From positions 1,984,001-2,048,000 of the forward strand of contig NC_092680.1 of assembly GCF_964355755.1 (NCBI RefSeq): a DNA stretch of 64,000 nucleotides, read 5' to 3'. The notes below the pieces were generated by a model, which made no database searches, was not told the DNA's origin, and worked only from the letters and a program-made list of their open reading frames with translations. The DNA is from Antedon mediterranea. Taxonomy: Eukaryota; Animalia; Echinodermata. The position numbers were made by a program, and so were the translations under genes. Positions 1 to 24,021 of this stretch are shown in pieces; the stretch's first letter is position 1, and each line of letters opens with the position of its first letter.

Positions 1-654
1 GTGCATGTCTTCTCTTTATATGTATTGTTTTTATCGTACTTTTTATAATAATCATTACTATGTAAAGTTTTTAATAATAATATTTTATTTACATACATAT
101 TTTAATATTTTAATCGTTTTAATTCTGAGCAAATGAATTTCTCCTTTGGAGATCAATAAAATTATTATGATTCTGATTTTACTCTATGAACTAAACACGC
201 TTGACAAAGTTTATTCAACGACGTGAACAGTATGGATATTTGGTATTGTTTTAGGTGTTTGATTAGGGCTATAGGATGTACTCAAAGGTGATAGTACTAA
301 CGATATGTCTTTCACACAGGGTTGAAGGTCAATTAAACCTGTTGAAACATCTTGCACTGGTCTCGTCGCCTTCCACTTCGGTATTGCTGTCATTTTCAAG
401 ATCGGACCCAACAAATATTGTCCGCTTTATCAGGGTGTTAATGGTTGGCCCGTATAGGAAAGTTTTTCCTCAGGGGGTGTCGCAAAGGAAGGGTTCTCTA
501 ATGTTTTGCGCGCCTGTGGTGTTATAGTATATACTGTAAATACAAAACAAAATAAGACAAGAACTGATTGATTACAAAGAAATGTATTTATTCAAAATGA
601 GTATGGTATGTAAAAAAAAAATCGAATAAAGGTGAGTGGATCTCACAAAAGGAG

Positions 655-1005
655 GCCGGGGTGCGATTTTTTTTTTCGTACATAAGTTGGGGACCCCATG
701 TGAAAGATAGCCGAACTACTTCCCTAAATATAACTAAACCTAACCCTCCAAATAATCTCTCTCTCACTATAAAGTAAAAGAAGTAGCTCATGGGAGTCGA
801 ACCCCATACATCGACATGTAAAGTCCATAGTCTTATCCATTCGACTACACAGACGGCTCGACAGAAATCGTTTGCATTCGCGAATTGTAGTTAGCTGAAT
901 TCTTACGTCACACCTTATGGATATGATTAATGAATATTCATGAATATTTTGTGACGTTTCACGAGGGGTCCCCAACTTATGTACGAAAAGAAATATCGCG
1001 GCCGG
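655..1005. mobile_element. Inverted-repeat (MITE-like) element with ~50-bp imperfect arms
   Basis: 655-706 gccggggtgcgattt...ttcgtacataagttggggaccccatgtgaaa is the reverse complement of 957-1005 tttcacgaggggtccccaacttatgtacgaaaagaaatatcgcggccgg. The interior contains ctaaacctaaccct. Confidence 0.65.
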
Positions 1006-4000
1006 TGTTCTACTGTACGACCGTATCGTTTCTAAAAACAATAGTGTCTCTAGAGAATGTGTGGATTGTGAACATTAACAAATTGCATTTTTTTAATCAT
1101 AGACTGACACCTGTAATTGTTCTAGTATTCATAATTGTCTTTATTCTAAACTAAACTCATGAACTCGAAACTAAAACATATAATTATCATAATTATATTC
1201 GAAGGTCTGTAAATTGTTAAGACATAAAAACTGATACTCAGGTGGCTGTTAGAAATGAACATACATTTTAACACCTGTCTTCTGCTACGTAACACCTGTT
1301 TTTGTGTTTTGCAGCAATCGTTGCTATACAACGTATACGGTACTGAATGAAAGGGAGTTCATAACATTATTCCTTAAATGAAAAGTTATAAACAAAGTAT
1401 AAAGTAAAATACCTATTCCGGGCGAACATATTTCGTAACAGAAAAGGATCCACATTAATAATTCTCTTCGTTACGTGTTTAGAACAGAATTTATATCACA
1501 TCGTAGTTGTACGACACGGTTTGGTATTTATGCCGTGTGTTGTTATGCAAATGAGCTTGTACGGGTGCAGTGGAAGATGGTATTGCTGTCTATACTATCA
1601 ACCTTGTTTTACAAAAAAAAAGTGTGATGTGCCCAAATACGGTGGTGATATGCCTAAATATGGTAGTGATATGACATCAATATGTATCTATAGGGACATT
1701 ACATAACGTTTGATAGTGTAGACAGTCCCAGAATAATTTACATGTTTTTTAGACAGATAGTTTGTCTCTGTTGGTTCTTGTATGGGATTTGATTCTGAAT
1801 AGGGGGGGGGGGGGGGGCGGGGGGCTGAAATAATTAGGGATTTTCTCTGAATATGGGTTGGATGTTATCTCCCCTGAATCGTTTCAGAGAAATGTTTCCC
1901 CTGAATCGTTTGAGGGGAATGTTTTCCCTAATAGGGGGTGTACCTTGATGAAAAGAGGCGTAGTTGTTTCTTCTCATATGCATTTCACAGTTAAGAAGAG
2001 ACAATGCATTCCTATGTACCTTCTATAGTCTTCTGTGGTGTATCAAATTGTTCATGTTAACCGAAACATGTTATTTTATACTTTTAGCCCTTTTTATAAT
2101 TCTTAGGCCTATTTAGGCCTACCCAAATACGTCACAGCATTATTTTCTTTGCCAAGTATTGTGAACGATAAAGATATAGGCTACTACAAATCTCCAGACA
2201 TGCCTAAAATAAAAAACCCACATTTTTTTGTGAAAATTACATCGTCATTTCAATAACAGGATGTCATAATAATTACATTACAACGTTTTCATTTCATTTT
2301 AAAATAAGAGTACAAGCAATATTGACACGATCAAAATGATGTTACTAAGAATATTCAACATGTAAACAATCCATTTATAAATAGTTAAGCCGGTTACGTC
2401 AGGGGCAGATTCTCCGGGGTTCAATGGCTGACATGTGTGCATACACATAAACATGAAAGATTCGATTAAATGTAATTATTGAGGAGGCCAAACAGAGGTA
2501 CAATTAGCAATTGAATTCAACTAAGTTATTTTCGAGTAGGCCTATTAATAGTATATCACGATCGGTGTGTAATGCTAGTGGTATATCGGGGAGGCGCCGG
2601 ATCCAATGGTGTGCGTACGACAAATGCCTAGTAAACAAAAATTTTATTCACCAGGGAATTTTACTCTTTCCTGGTTTGACGTTTGGAATTTCAATTGTAA
2701 TGGGGCTGTATCATGGAGTAAAAAATAAATTCTTTACTCCATGGCTGTATCTATAGCTTTGCGACACAGTACCAAACATAAAGATGATACGGGTCCAGTG
2801 GGCATTTAGGGCCTACACACCTAACGCTTGGTCACCACGATAATGCAATTTCGATTGAAATTCTTTCAATTTGTGTTGACTTTTTTAAAAAAATGCTAGG
2901 CCTAATAATAAAAACAACACGCGGCAGTTTATGAGGAAGAAACGTAAAAATGAGTTTTTATCCAACACAGAAACGGTATAACAATTGAATTGCATAGGCC
3001 TATACGGACTATGTATATCCATGGTATATCTGTCACTGTATATCAAGTGTATGACGCTTGTTGTCCTGAGACTGAATTCATAAAATATTACTGTACTTAA
3101 AAAAGGGGACAAGTGTAATAAAAGAGGCTATTTTGATACCATGGCATAGAATTTTGACTCCAAAAATATGTTATGAATATAATTAGACCAGAAAATATTG
3201 ATATACCATGTGAAAACAATCTTCAAAATACTGATTTGACCCCAAAATTATTATTCAATATCCAAGAGCATTGTAATCCATACTTTAAAAAGTACAATTT
3301 ATGATTTATTGAACGTCAGGCGGATATACAAATGGAGGGTCAGGGTGATAAATAAATCAGAACCAATTGATTTATTTATTTTTACAATTTATTATTCAAT
3401 TTAGAAGAATTCTATGCTGGAATTTCGTTCCCAAATCATGAGGCAAGGACTGTCACCAGGCTTCTATCTCCTTCAGTTGCCATTCCTTTAACCCCATGTG
3501 ACGTAAGCGTTACGGTATTAATAAAACTCGTAATGCCCCATTGGTTAAATTTTTTGTATAGCCAGAAAAACAATGACAAACCCAACTTGGTGGTGGTGCT
3601 TTTGTCGTCGTTGAGAACACATAATAAAGTAATGTTTTTAGGTAGATACAATAAAACTTATCCAGAAAACTAAACAACTTAAGCTATGTCTACACTAGTT
3701 TGGCAAAAAAATGTGATGTGCCCAAATATGGTATTGATATTCCCAAATATTGGCACATCACATTGTTAATCACATAAAGTTTGATAATGTAGACAGAGCT
3801 TTATACAGCTCTTAGTAAATTGTCATCTTACAAGCTGTAAAATCCTACTGTTAATGGTAAACCTATTATAAATGTATTTCAACTTTCATAACAAAACATT
3901 AAATTGTTTAAGTTTAATCCTTATACGTTTTTAAAACGACGAGCCTATTCTTAACAAGTAACAACATTTTAGTACTGCATGTTTCATTGATATCTATATA

Positions 4001-5012
4001 TAGTTTTGTATATTGAAAAACAATACAAAAAAACTAAGGGTTCCAGCTGCAATGACCCAATTAACTCTCTGTGGATCTGTCAAATCGCATCAATATGCTT
4101 CTGTAGGTCCACTTCCTAAAGTTCATAATGCAACACTGATCATTCGCATCCGATATACTTTTATATTTTATATGACTTCCGGTATTCATGGCGTGACGTA
4201 TACGAATCAATAGGCTTTATATGATGGGATTGAGGAACGATATATTGTGATAGGCCATCCCATGACAAGAAAGCATTATCTTAAGGCAAACCACAGGGAT
4301 TGATGTCTTCTCATGCAGCAGAAGTCGGTCGTAATGATTGGTTAAACATACATTAATAACAAGTATTTAACCCTGGTTGCTAATGATAATATAGCAAAGT
4401 GGCATATGAAGCCATTTCAGTGTTACAAAATGACAAGAAAATGCAGTAGGATTAATAAAAGAGAAACGTACAAGAGATAGGCCTACTGTATGATGCCCTT
4501 TAATGTGAACCGATTCCTCAGTGATCAATTTCCATCAATGTTTGAAGGAATGGGAGAACAGAAATAGTAGATCAATGAGAGAAGTGGGAATTGGCCATAC
4601 TTAAGTGACACTTTCTCAACTGTAGCCTATATAGCAGTTTTTAGAGTGAGACTTTCTCTTTAGAGGTTTGGGAGTGTTTCTTTCGGTCAACCATTTACAC
4701 AAGGTATGATGACACGTGTAACTGTAGGCCTATTTGAAATTAGTTACTGTACCATAATGTTAAGGATTAGCGAATTGATTAGACAAAAAAAAAAGTACAA
4801 CTTATCGTTATGGAATAGGGATGATGGAGTGATCAACACTCTTCCCATCTCATCACCACATTATGACGTAAATTTAAGTTTCTGTTTTGGATTAGTAGGA
4901 ATAATTATAAAGGAAGGGTGGGAAGAGAATGCAGACGAATAAATTAAGATAATAAGTTTCCTAAAATAATGTTTATGGCTTGGCATGAATTTGGCAGATG
5001 AAAGGGGTCACG

Positions 5013-5683
5013 GGTTCATTCGTTGAGGAGGAATGTTCGGTTCGTTCGTTTAGGAGGAATGGTCGGTTCGTTCGTTGAGGAGGAATGGTCGGTTCGTTCG
5101 TTTAGGAGGAATGGTCGGTTCGTTCGTTGAGGAGGAATGGTCGGTTCGTTCGTTTAGGAGGAATGGTCGGTTCGTTCGTTGAGGAGGAATGGTCGGTTCG
5201 TTCGTTGAGGAGGAATGGTCGGTTCATTCGTTGAGGAGGAATGGTCGGTTCGTTCGTTTAGGAGGAATGGTCGGTTCGTTCGTTGAGGAGGAATGGTCGG
5301 TTCGTTCGTTGAGGAGGAATGGTCGGTTCGTTCGTTGAGGAGGAATGTTCGGTTCGTTCGTTTAGGAGGAATGGTCGGTTCGTTCGTTGAGGAGGAATGG
5401 TCGGTTCGTTCGTTTAGGAGGAATGGTCGGTTCGTTCGTTGAGGAGGAATGGTCGGTTCGTTCGTTGAGGAGGAATGGTCGGTTCATTCGTTGAGGAGGA
5501 ATGGTCGGTTCGTTCGTTTAGGAGGAATGGTCGGTTCGTTCGTTTAGGAGGAATGGTCGGTTCGTTCGTTGAGGAGGAATGGTCGGTTCATTCGTTGAGG
5601 AGGAATGGTCGGTTCATTCGTTGAGGAGGAATGGTCGGTTCGTTCGTTTAGGAGGAATGGTCGGTTCGTTCGTTTAGGAGGAA
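5013..5683 (+). repeat. Minisatellite, ~26 copies of a 26-bp unit GGTTCRTTCGTTKAGGAGGAATGKTC
   Basis: Contiguous units at a period of 26 (e.g. starts at 5221, 5247) with three variable positions and no spacers. Confidence 0.97.
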
Positions 5684-6934
5684 GGATAGACCTATCATCA
5701 TTTATGGGAAGAAATTCTGTTTGTTATTTATTTTCTTGTGATATAATAACGTTCTGAATATAAACCAATGTTCTTGCACACAAAAAATTGCTGTTTTCAA
5801 TCAAATAGAAGATCAAAAGGTGAAAAAAGTCGTGTGTATCTCCCTAAACGGTGGATTCTTTATTAAATTTTATTTTCGGCATCCGCAACCACAACACAAC
5901 TGTGTTTAATTTGAGCACCATGCGTTCGTAATTGGTATATAATTTGTTCCGATATGTGACCTTCATGGGTAGTACTGCTGGTTAGTATATCATTAACGTT
6001 TCAGATGTACTGTGTATACGATCAGTATATTAACTTTATAAACTCTTGTATCAATTTCAGAAAAACAAATCTGGTGAAAGTTAGAAGAACTTTTTAGGTA
6101 GGACACCTTTATTCTGTTATACTTGATGAACGAGAGTGAAATATATCTGAACATTCGGTAAATCCCAGGCCTATTCAGGTGACACTCCTTAGAAAAGAAG
6201 ACACTTTGTTTGGTCCACCATGCACTGTAAATCAAACATGCTACTAATAACACTAAGAATGCAACCTTTAATAAAGTTTTCCACTAGACAATCTGAAGAT
6301 TAATTTCTCGTGTTGTAAGGCATGTGTTTGATATCCGACGACCTTCATTTTAAACATCACATCATGTCGTCATTTTTTCCGGATGTTCTTTCACAACGAA
6401 ACCTTTCGTGTACTTATCTTTATTAACATCTATATCATCTTAAGTTCGTATAATAATGTGTACTTTTAACAGTGCAAGCTTCAAACGATAGACTCCTGAC
6501 ATCCATAAACATTTGAATGTGGTAGGACTATACTGTAGTACAGTTTGTATAATGTGTACTTTTAACAGGGCAAAGCTGCAAACGATTCTATAGGATCCAC
6601 CTGACATCCATGAACACATTGCATATCGATTATTTCGTTCAATGTGTGTGAAAAATCAAACGAAATGTTTCGTGGGGGTTGGGGTGAAGGTTTTTGTATT
6701 TCAGTATAATCAACAAAGACTAAAAAAAATAATACTACACTGTATTGTAAACATTATTTATGTATTGTTACTTTTATTTACTATAAACGTGAGTATCCTA
6801 AATTCAAGAAAATAATGGAAAAAAAAGAGAGTAATATGTCAATATGTATTTGTAATAATTATGATAAACGAATAAATGTGGTAGATTACACCACAAAAGA
6901 GAAAAAAAAAGACTAAAATACAAGATATATATAT

Positions 6935-7048
6935 ATATATATTTATATTTTTGATATGACATGTATTTTACACGCAATTTGGCTCTTAGCCACGAGTTGT
7001 AATTTTGGTCAATTTTTTGATATTTGAAATAAAAGTGAATAATAATAA
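6935..7048 (+). mobile_element. Short 3'-UTR remnant of the LINE at 28433-29230
   Basis: gatatgacatgtattttacacgcaatttggctcttagccacgagttgtaattttggtc...aaataaaagtgaataataataa is the reverse complement of about 28433-28540, with an (AAT)n tail. Confidence 0.85.
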
Positions 7049-8993
7049 CCCTCATCCCACCCCCGGGTGAATGAAGAACTTGGATTAATTAATTAATTCT
7101 GTGTGTAAAGTTTCATTTGAATACTTCCTATAGTTTAACATGCCTACTAAAGACAGCAAACTTATAATCATTTTACCTTAACCTTTAAAGCCATTTGATG
7201 AGACTATTTTTTAAAACAAGGTAAAGCTCTTCACTATCAAAGTTTATGTAAAAACAAATGTGCCCATATATGGACATGATGATGTCATATAACTACCATA
7301 TTTGGGTGTATCACTACCATATTTGGGCACACTTTTTTTGTCAAATAGTTTGATAGTGTAGACAGAGAGCTTAAGAGTAAAGTAGGCCTAAAAATAAATA
7401 CCAATACATCACTATTGGCATGAGACCTGCGTGCTTCCACTTGGTTGGAAAAATAATTAAACAAATTCGTATAGACCTACTACGGCATAAGTTGGCTATT
7501 AACAGATGAGACCTGCTTTAAAGGAATTTAAAATATCTTAGTGGAAATACATTTTAAATGATAGTAAATATTTCATTCAAATATCGATATAACACATAAG
7601 TTAAAGACAAAAATTCATCTACAACGGATTCTCGAGTTCATTAAAAAAATTACACGCGAAGTAAAGTTGTCAACAAATTACATCCCCTACCTCCCTTCTC
7701 AACTTTATTTAGACTTTGTTTTTTAGCGATAATAGGAAGATAATATTTCATTATGGCTGGCAATTATTTATTAAATGAAAATAATTATATTAATGTAGTA
7801 AACAAATATTTCGTGTATGGTACTTCCGTTAAAGGATAATATTATTTTATTTTCAAATAATAAAATCAACTTACTTTCTTTTGCGAACACTCTCTAACTC
7901 TCTTTTTTTGACAATCTTACGAGAACCTTTTGAATTTGAAATATCCGAACACAACTTGACACTATACGGACCTTGATAGAATTTAGTCCAATGCTAGCAA
8001 TACGATTTTAATAGTTTTGGAAGGCTAGCGCAGTTTGCACCACTCCAACCAAGGTGCTTCGACCAAGGCTAAGAAGACAAAACTCGACGTCAAGGGGAAC
8101 CCTCTAGGCTCAAGCGAATCACAGCGACAGATGAATCAGACACAAAACGAACGACACACATTCTGCGCCAACAAACTTTAGACTATTCCATTCAATCAAA
8201 GGTTAGATTATGTAATATTTTATAAAATAATAATTTTTAAGAGCAGGTACTTTGACGTACACAAATACCATTACTAAATAATTCATGTTTTATAAAGCTG
8301 TAATATGTTTATTGATTAATAATGAGTAAGTTATGTTCAGTAAGTGCTTTATTTATTTGTATACTTTTACCTTATTCCTATCTACCATTCGTCTTACTGA
8401 TTTATAAGTCTGAACTAATTCGTGATCATTTACGACTGGTCTCGTTATTAAATTAAAGAGCTGGTGTAATTAATGTTATGTTTACATAAGGTAATGGGAT
8501 TATGGATTTAACAAGATAATGTGTACCTATCCGTGTACATGGCTATGGAGACGCTACTAATACCTACACATCACCATATGGGCCATGGCGAAATAAACAC
8601 ATCATGACATCATTCGTATACAAAGCATATTGGAACGCGGTAGGCCTAACGATGTATTCGTTGTACAAAAAGGGCGTAGTTAAATTTATGGTATTATAAT
8701 TATATTTTTCAGTTTCACAATAAATGTTTAATGAAAGAATTAAATAAAGAAAACATTTTTAAATAAAGAAAAAAAACAGGCCATCGTAACGTAATTTACG
8801 TATATCCATCCCAACCATCATGGTTGGCACGCGATCTCTATGCTTCAGTGATTTTCTCGCGCGCGTCGTGAACTGGGTGCGGCGCGGCGGCACGTGCATG
8901 TGGTGTGTGAGATAAAAGGGTTTAGGCCTAGATTTATAGCTACCGATTTGTCTATTTGAAATGAAATAAACACTACTACTACAAGAAGGTAAA

Positions 8994-11972
8994 ATGATAA
9001 GGTTAAGAATATGCTGCAGTGTTCTGTTGGTAGCGATTATTACATTGTGCCTGGCTAGCAATGGAACATTCGGTAGGTATGTTTAACGTACAGGCATAAA
9101 TATGAAATGTCTAAATTAATTACATATTTACTACCTAGCCTATGCCTATATAGGCTAGGCCTAGGCCCTATTATGACCTACGTAGTTGATCGAGCTCAGG
9201 GTGAGGCGGAACGCACGCAACAAGCGAAGCGCGTAGACTTCAACGCTTCTGCTGACTTCCGTGCAACTCATTTTTTTGTAAGGTTTGTAGAGCTTTATCG
9301 GAATTAAAATCTATTTAATGTAATTATTTTATTTTGGTCCGTGAGCAGACTGCTTAATTAATTAATGCCAATGACAATAAAAACACTGCTTTTTTTATTT
9401 AGGCCTAATTAGGTAGGGCCTACTAGCCTACTAGGTCTAGATTGCAATAAAATTAAAAAGTTGATTGGCGTAAAACATTGTTATACACAACAGCTTATAA
9501 TGTATACATTTGAACGCCAAAAGTGAAAATGGAGGCCCCTTCCAATAATTAATAGACTACGGACGAGTCTCTTTCAAAAAAAGTAACCAAGTAATTAGTA
9601 ATAGTAATGCCTAAGTATTATTTAAACATGATGTATCATATATACTATAGAATAGAAGGTGGGGTGGGATATTTCAAAATTGTCCGTCACAAATTCTGCT
9701 TTTTCTTCCTCCAGAATGTTATGAATGCACTGGGTACTATATGACTGAGATGATCTGTCAAGAGACGTTTCCATTTGGCGTTCCAGAAGAGATCAACACT
9801 ACGTCTTGCCCAGTCGAATCTTACTGCTATGTAAGACGATGATAGAGGTTGGAGAGGGTGTGAAAAAGACTCGACTCCGACTGATCATAAAGCTTGGTTC
9901 CCACTGACGACGCAACGTAAGAAAATGCCCTTACAATAATTGTGTTTTCCCCCGCCTGCATGAAATCAAACGATGTTTGCAGCACTGTTGCGTCGTCGGT
10001 TCCCACTTGTGATTACACAATACATCATGTTGCGTCAATACGTCGCTGCGTTGCGTTCTAGTGGGAACCACGCTTTAGTAAAAAGAAATAAATGAAATGA
10101 AATTCATGCGGCCTATGACGGTAATTCAACACAACAACATTATAAAATACAAGCAGCGCGAACGACACACAATTACTAATTTTAATATTTGTAGGCCTAC
10201 AATTCATAAAAGAACTAGAGGGTACTCCGAGAGTACAAACCTCCGCCTACTGTAAAATTCCCCTACATAAAATAATGTCCCCGGAAAATCTATATAGGTC
10301 AAGGTCACAACTAACAAAAAACTGTTTTACTGCCTAGTTTTATCCGATTCTCACCAAATCAGGGAAGAGTTACTCGTATTTTTTTACATTTTTGTTTTAT
10401 TAGTTCTAAGTGTAAATAGGCTAACTGCACACTACAAAGTTGTGGATGAGAGTTTGGTGTAATGGTTATGTATCCAACCTCTCTCAGTTGAGATCGCTGG
10501 TTCAAGTCCCGCTGAGGTTTTTTTTAAAATTATTATTATTATTATTTTTTTTTTTTTGTGGACCTTGATCTTTGACCCTGATCCTTCATACCACAATTAT
10601 ATGATGAGTCATTGATCATTGTGGCTAAGTTTGGTCAGGGAAGATTAACTCTTCCCTGGTTTGATGAGAATCGGATAAAACTGGGCAGTGAAATAGTTTT
10701 TTGTTAGTTGTGACCTTGACCTATGACCTTTACCTCTCGAATTCGAACTCGCCCGAGCTTTTGGGGCATAGATCAATGTGGCCAAATTTGGTGAGAATCG
10801 GATAACAGACACTACACCACACGCGTACACACACACACCCATACAGCAGGGGTGAAAATATAACCTCCTTGCTGGAGGTAATAATTATCACCTACGGTAA
10901 TTAGTGTTCATGCATACTCCCGGTGCTAAACATAAAATTTACGAGATCGAAAAACAGGTGGCGTAAGCATAAAAAAAAATGTGCTCTCTCTGCCTCAGCA
11001 CTAAGGCCCTGCCACAGCCTTTTGGGGTCGTTTCCAGCACATCACCAGATGCATTGATGTTGTCGCCTCATGATGTGTGGTGGAAAGGGGGACGTATGAT
11101 CTGTGAACCCCAAACACAGTGGCTCGCATAGCCTTAACTCTATTCCACCGACCAGCCACCGAACCCACGACATACGTGTTGTCAACACGACGCTCAGCCG
11201 ACTGAGCTAACTGGCGATTTTGGTTTTAACAAGGTTAATAGGATATTTATGACGTAATGATGAATTACGTAATACACGTATACGGTAAATAGACTATTAT
11301 CAGCTGTTTAGTCATGTACTACTTTGTGGCCGAACGGGTAATGCTCAGGTTTGGATGCTCTCAGCTCTACTAGATTGGGTTTGAACCTCTACGGATATTT
11401 TTTTTTTTTTTGGAATTGAAACCGATCTTGTGTTAAGATTGGTTAATATTGGTTTCGTTCCTTCAAGATGACGTCATGAATATGTATATTTTATGACGTA
11501 GCGACAAATTACGTAATAGGAAGTGCGTGAGACAAGACAATAATTTTTCGGCTGTTGAGACATGTAATTTGTGGCGTAAACGGGTATGCTCCGTTTTGAG
11601 TATGGCCTACTCTCCGCTATAGACTGGGTTCGAACCTCCACGGATGTATTTTTTTGGTCCTTTGGAATTATGACGCAATCGACAGGAGAATTTTAGTTAT
11701 TTTACAAAACGTTATTTGAAATATAACATCGATTTTTTTTTCATATTTTATTTCATTCATATTTTCTCTAGAAAAGTGTGAACTATATATACGACAGAAA
11801 GACGCACGTATCGCGTGGTTGTGCCGACACATGTGAAGTGGACTGTTACTTGTCGTTAGCTGAAGGGTATTGTCGGTATTGCTGTCAGGAGAATAAATGC
11901 AACAGCGCCACCAATATGCAGTTGACGCGTCAACTTTTAATTGTTGTATTATACTTGTTTTTCTTGATATGA
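8994..11972 (+). CDS. Ly6/uPAR (three-finger, quiver/sleepless-like) protein, probably GPI-anchored; exons 8994-9072, 9715-9830, 11772-11972 (~131 aa)
   Basis: Phase-consistent GT-AG joins give MIRLRICCSVLLVAIITLCLASNGTF-ECYECTGYY...CPVESYCY-KSVNY...RGCADTC...YCRYCCQENKCNSA followed by a hydrophobic C-terminus. It has a signal peptide, an N-terminal CYEC, a C-terminal CCxxxxCN and a GPI-signal-like tail, all hallmarks of LU domains. Confidence 0.85.
9891..10074. mobile_element. Second TWA-flanked MITE family (other copies 25778-25935, 62295-62433, partial ~25364-25440)
   Basis: TIR AGCTTGGTTCCCACTAG...CTAGTGGGAACCAAGCT with internal CGCAA/TTGCG repeats. The copy at 62295-62433 has TAA on both sides. 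Confidence 0.8.
10213..10882. mobile_element. Helentron/HINE-like non-autonomous element in Ly6 intron 2, containing a tRNA-like segment at about 10455-10520
   Basis: 5' hairpin gtactccgagagtac, internal inverted segments (ggtcaaggtcacaactaacaaaaaact vs agttttttgttagttgtgaccttgacc), a (CA)n tract and a 3' stem-loop acctcc-ttgct-ggaggt. The family assignment is inferred from structure only. Confidence 0.55.
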
Positions 11973-12770
11973 TATACGTTACTTGTTTGAGTTTTAACCT
12001 CAACACTACGTTTAGTCTTCAATTATCCTATACTATAAAGTATTATAATATACATTTTTTGTAGTAGATCTGAAAGTAAATCACTTTATTATTCGATACT
12101 TTTTTATTACATTGTTTATATTAAACTATCATCATAATTTCACAATATTTATTGCGACGTATTTACATGTAGGTAGTACTGTAATCGTAAAATAAATACA
12201 TTCAATGCTATATAATACGCTGTATATTGTACTCTGTATATTGTACTCTGTGTATTGTACTCTGTTTGTTGATATTTCCAAATATTATAAAAAGCAACAT
12301 TAGAAGCAAGTTAGCACCGTAGGACTGGCATTTATCAATTTGACTTTTGAAAAATAATTGCGCCGCCTGAAAAACGGATGCTTTAAAGCCAGACTATTTA
12401 TCTCGAATATCGAAAATTAGATATAAATAATTAATTCCTAGGCCTGTCGGGATTCAAAATGATTTTTTGTAATAAAAAATATTTAACCGAATATTACCGG
12501 CCAGAGCATGGAGATCTCCTATCTATGGGCAGAGGTTGATTGTATTGTATTATGTCATGCTGCCTATTCTGCATCCTATGAATTTGAAATTTATTACAGA
12601 ATTTTCAACCATGGGAAATTGGTGGTTGACCTTATTTATTTTTATGTAATTCTTCACTACAAATATAATTTAATGCCAATGAATAAAAAGAATGGTAGAT
12701 TATGGAAGTAATTTGAATTGAGAAAATATTCACAACCTCCTGGCAACACCATTCCTACCATACCATCAAA

Positions 12771-24021
<11,251 letters not shown>

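Noticed and set aside
211-527. Short overlapping ORFs at the window start
   Set aside because: No recognisable motifs or splice-supported continuation.
5013-5683. Possible CRISPR array
   Set aside because: The units are contiguous with no unique spacers, there are no cas genes, and the context is eukaryotic.
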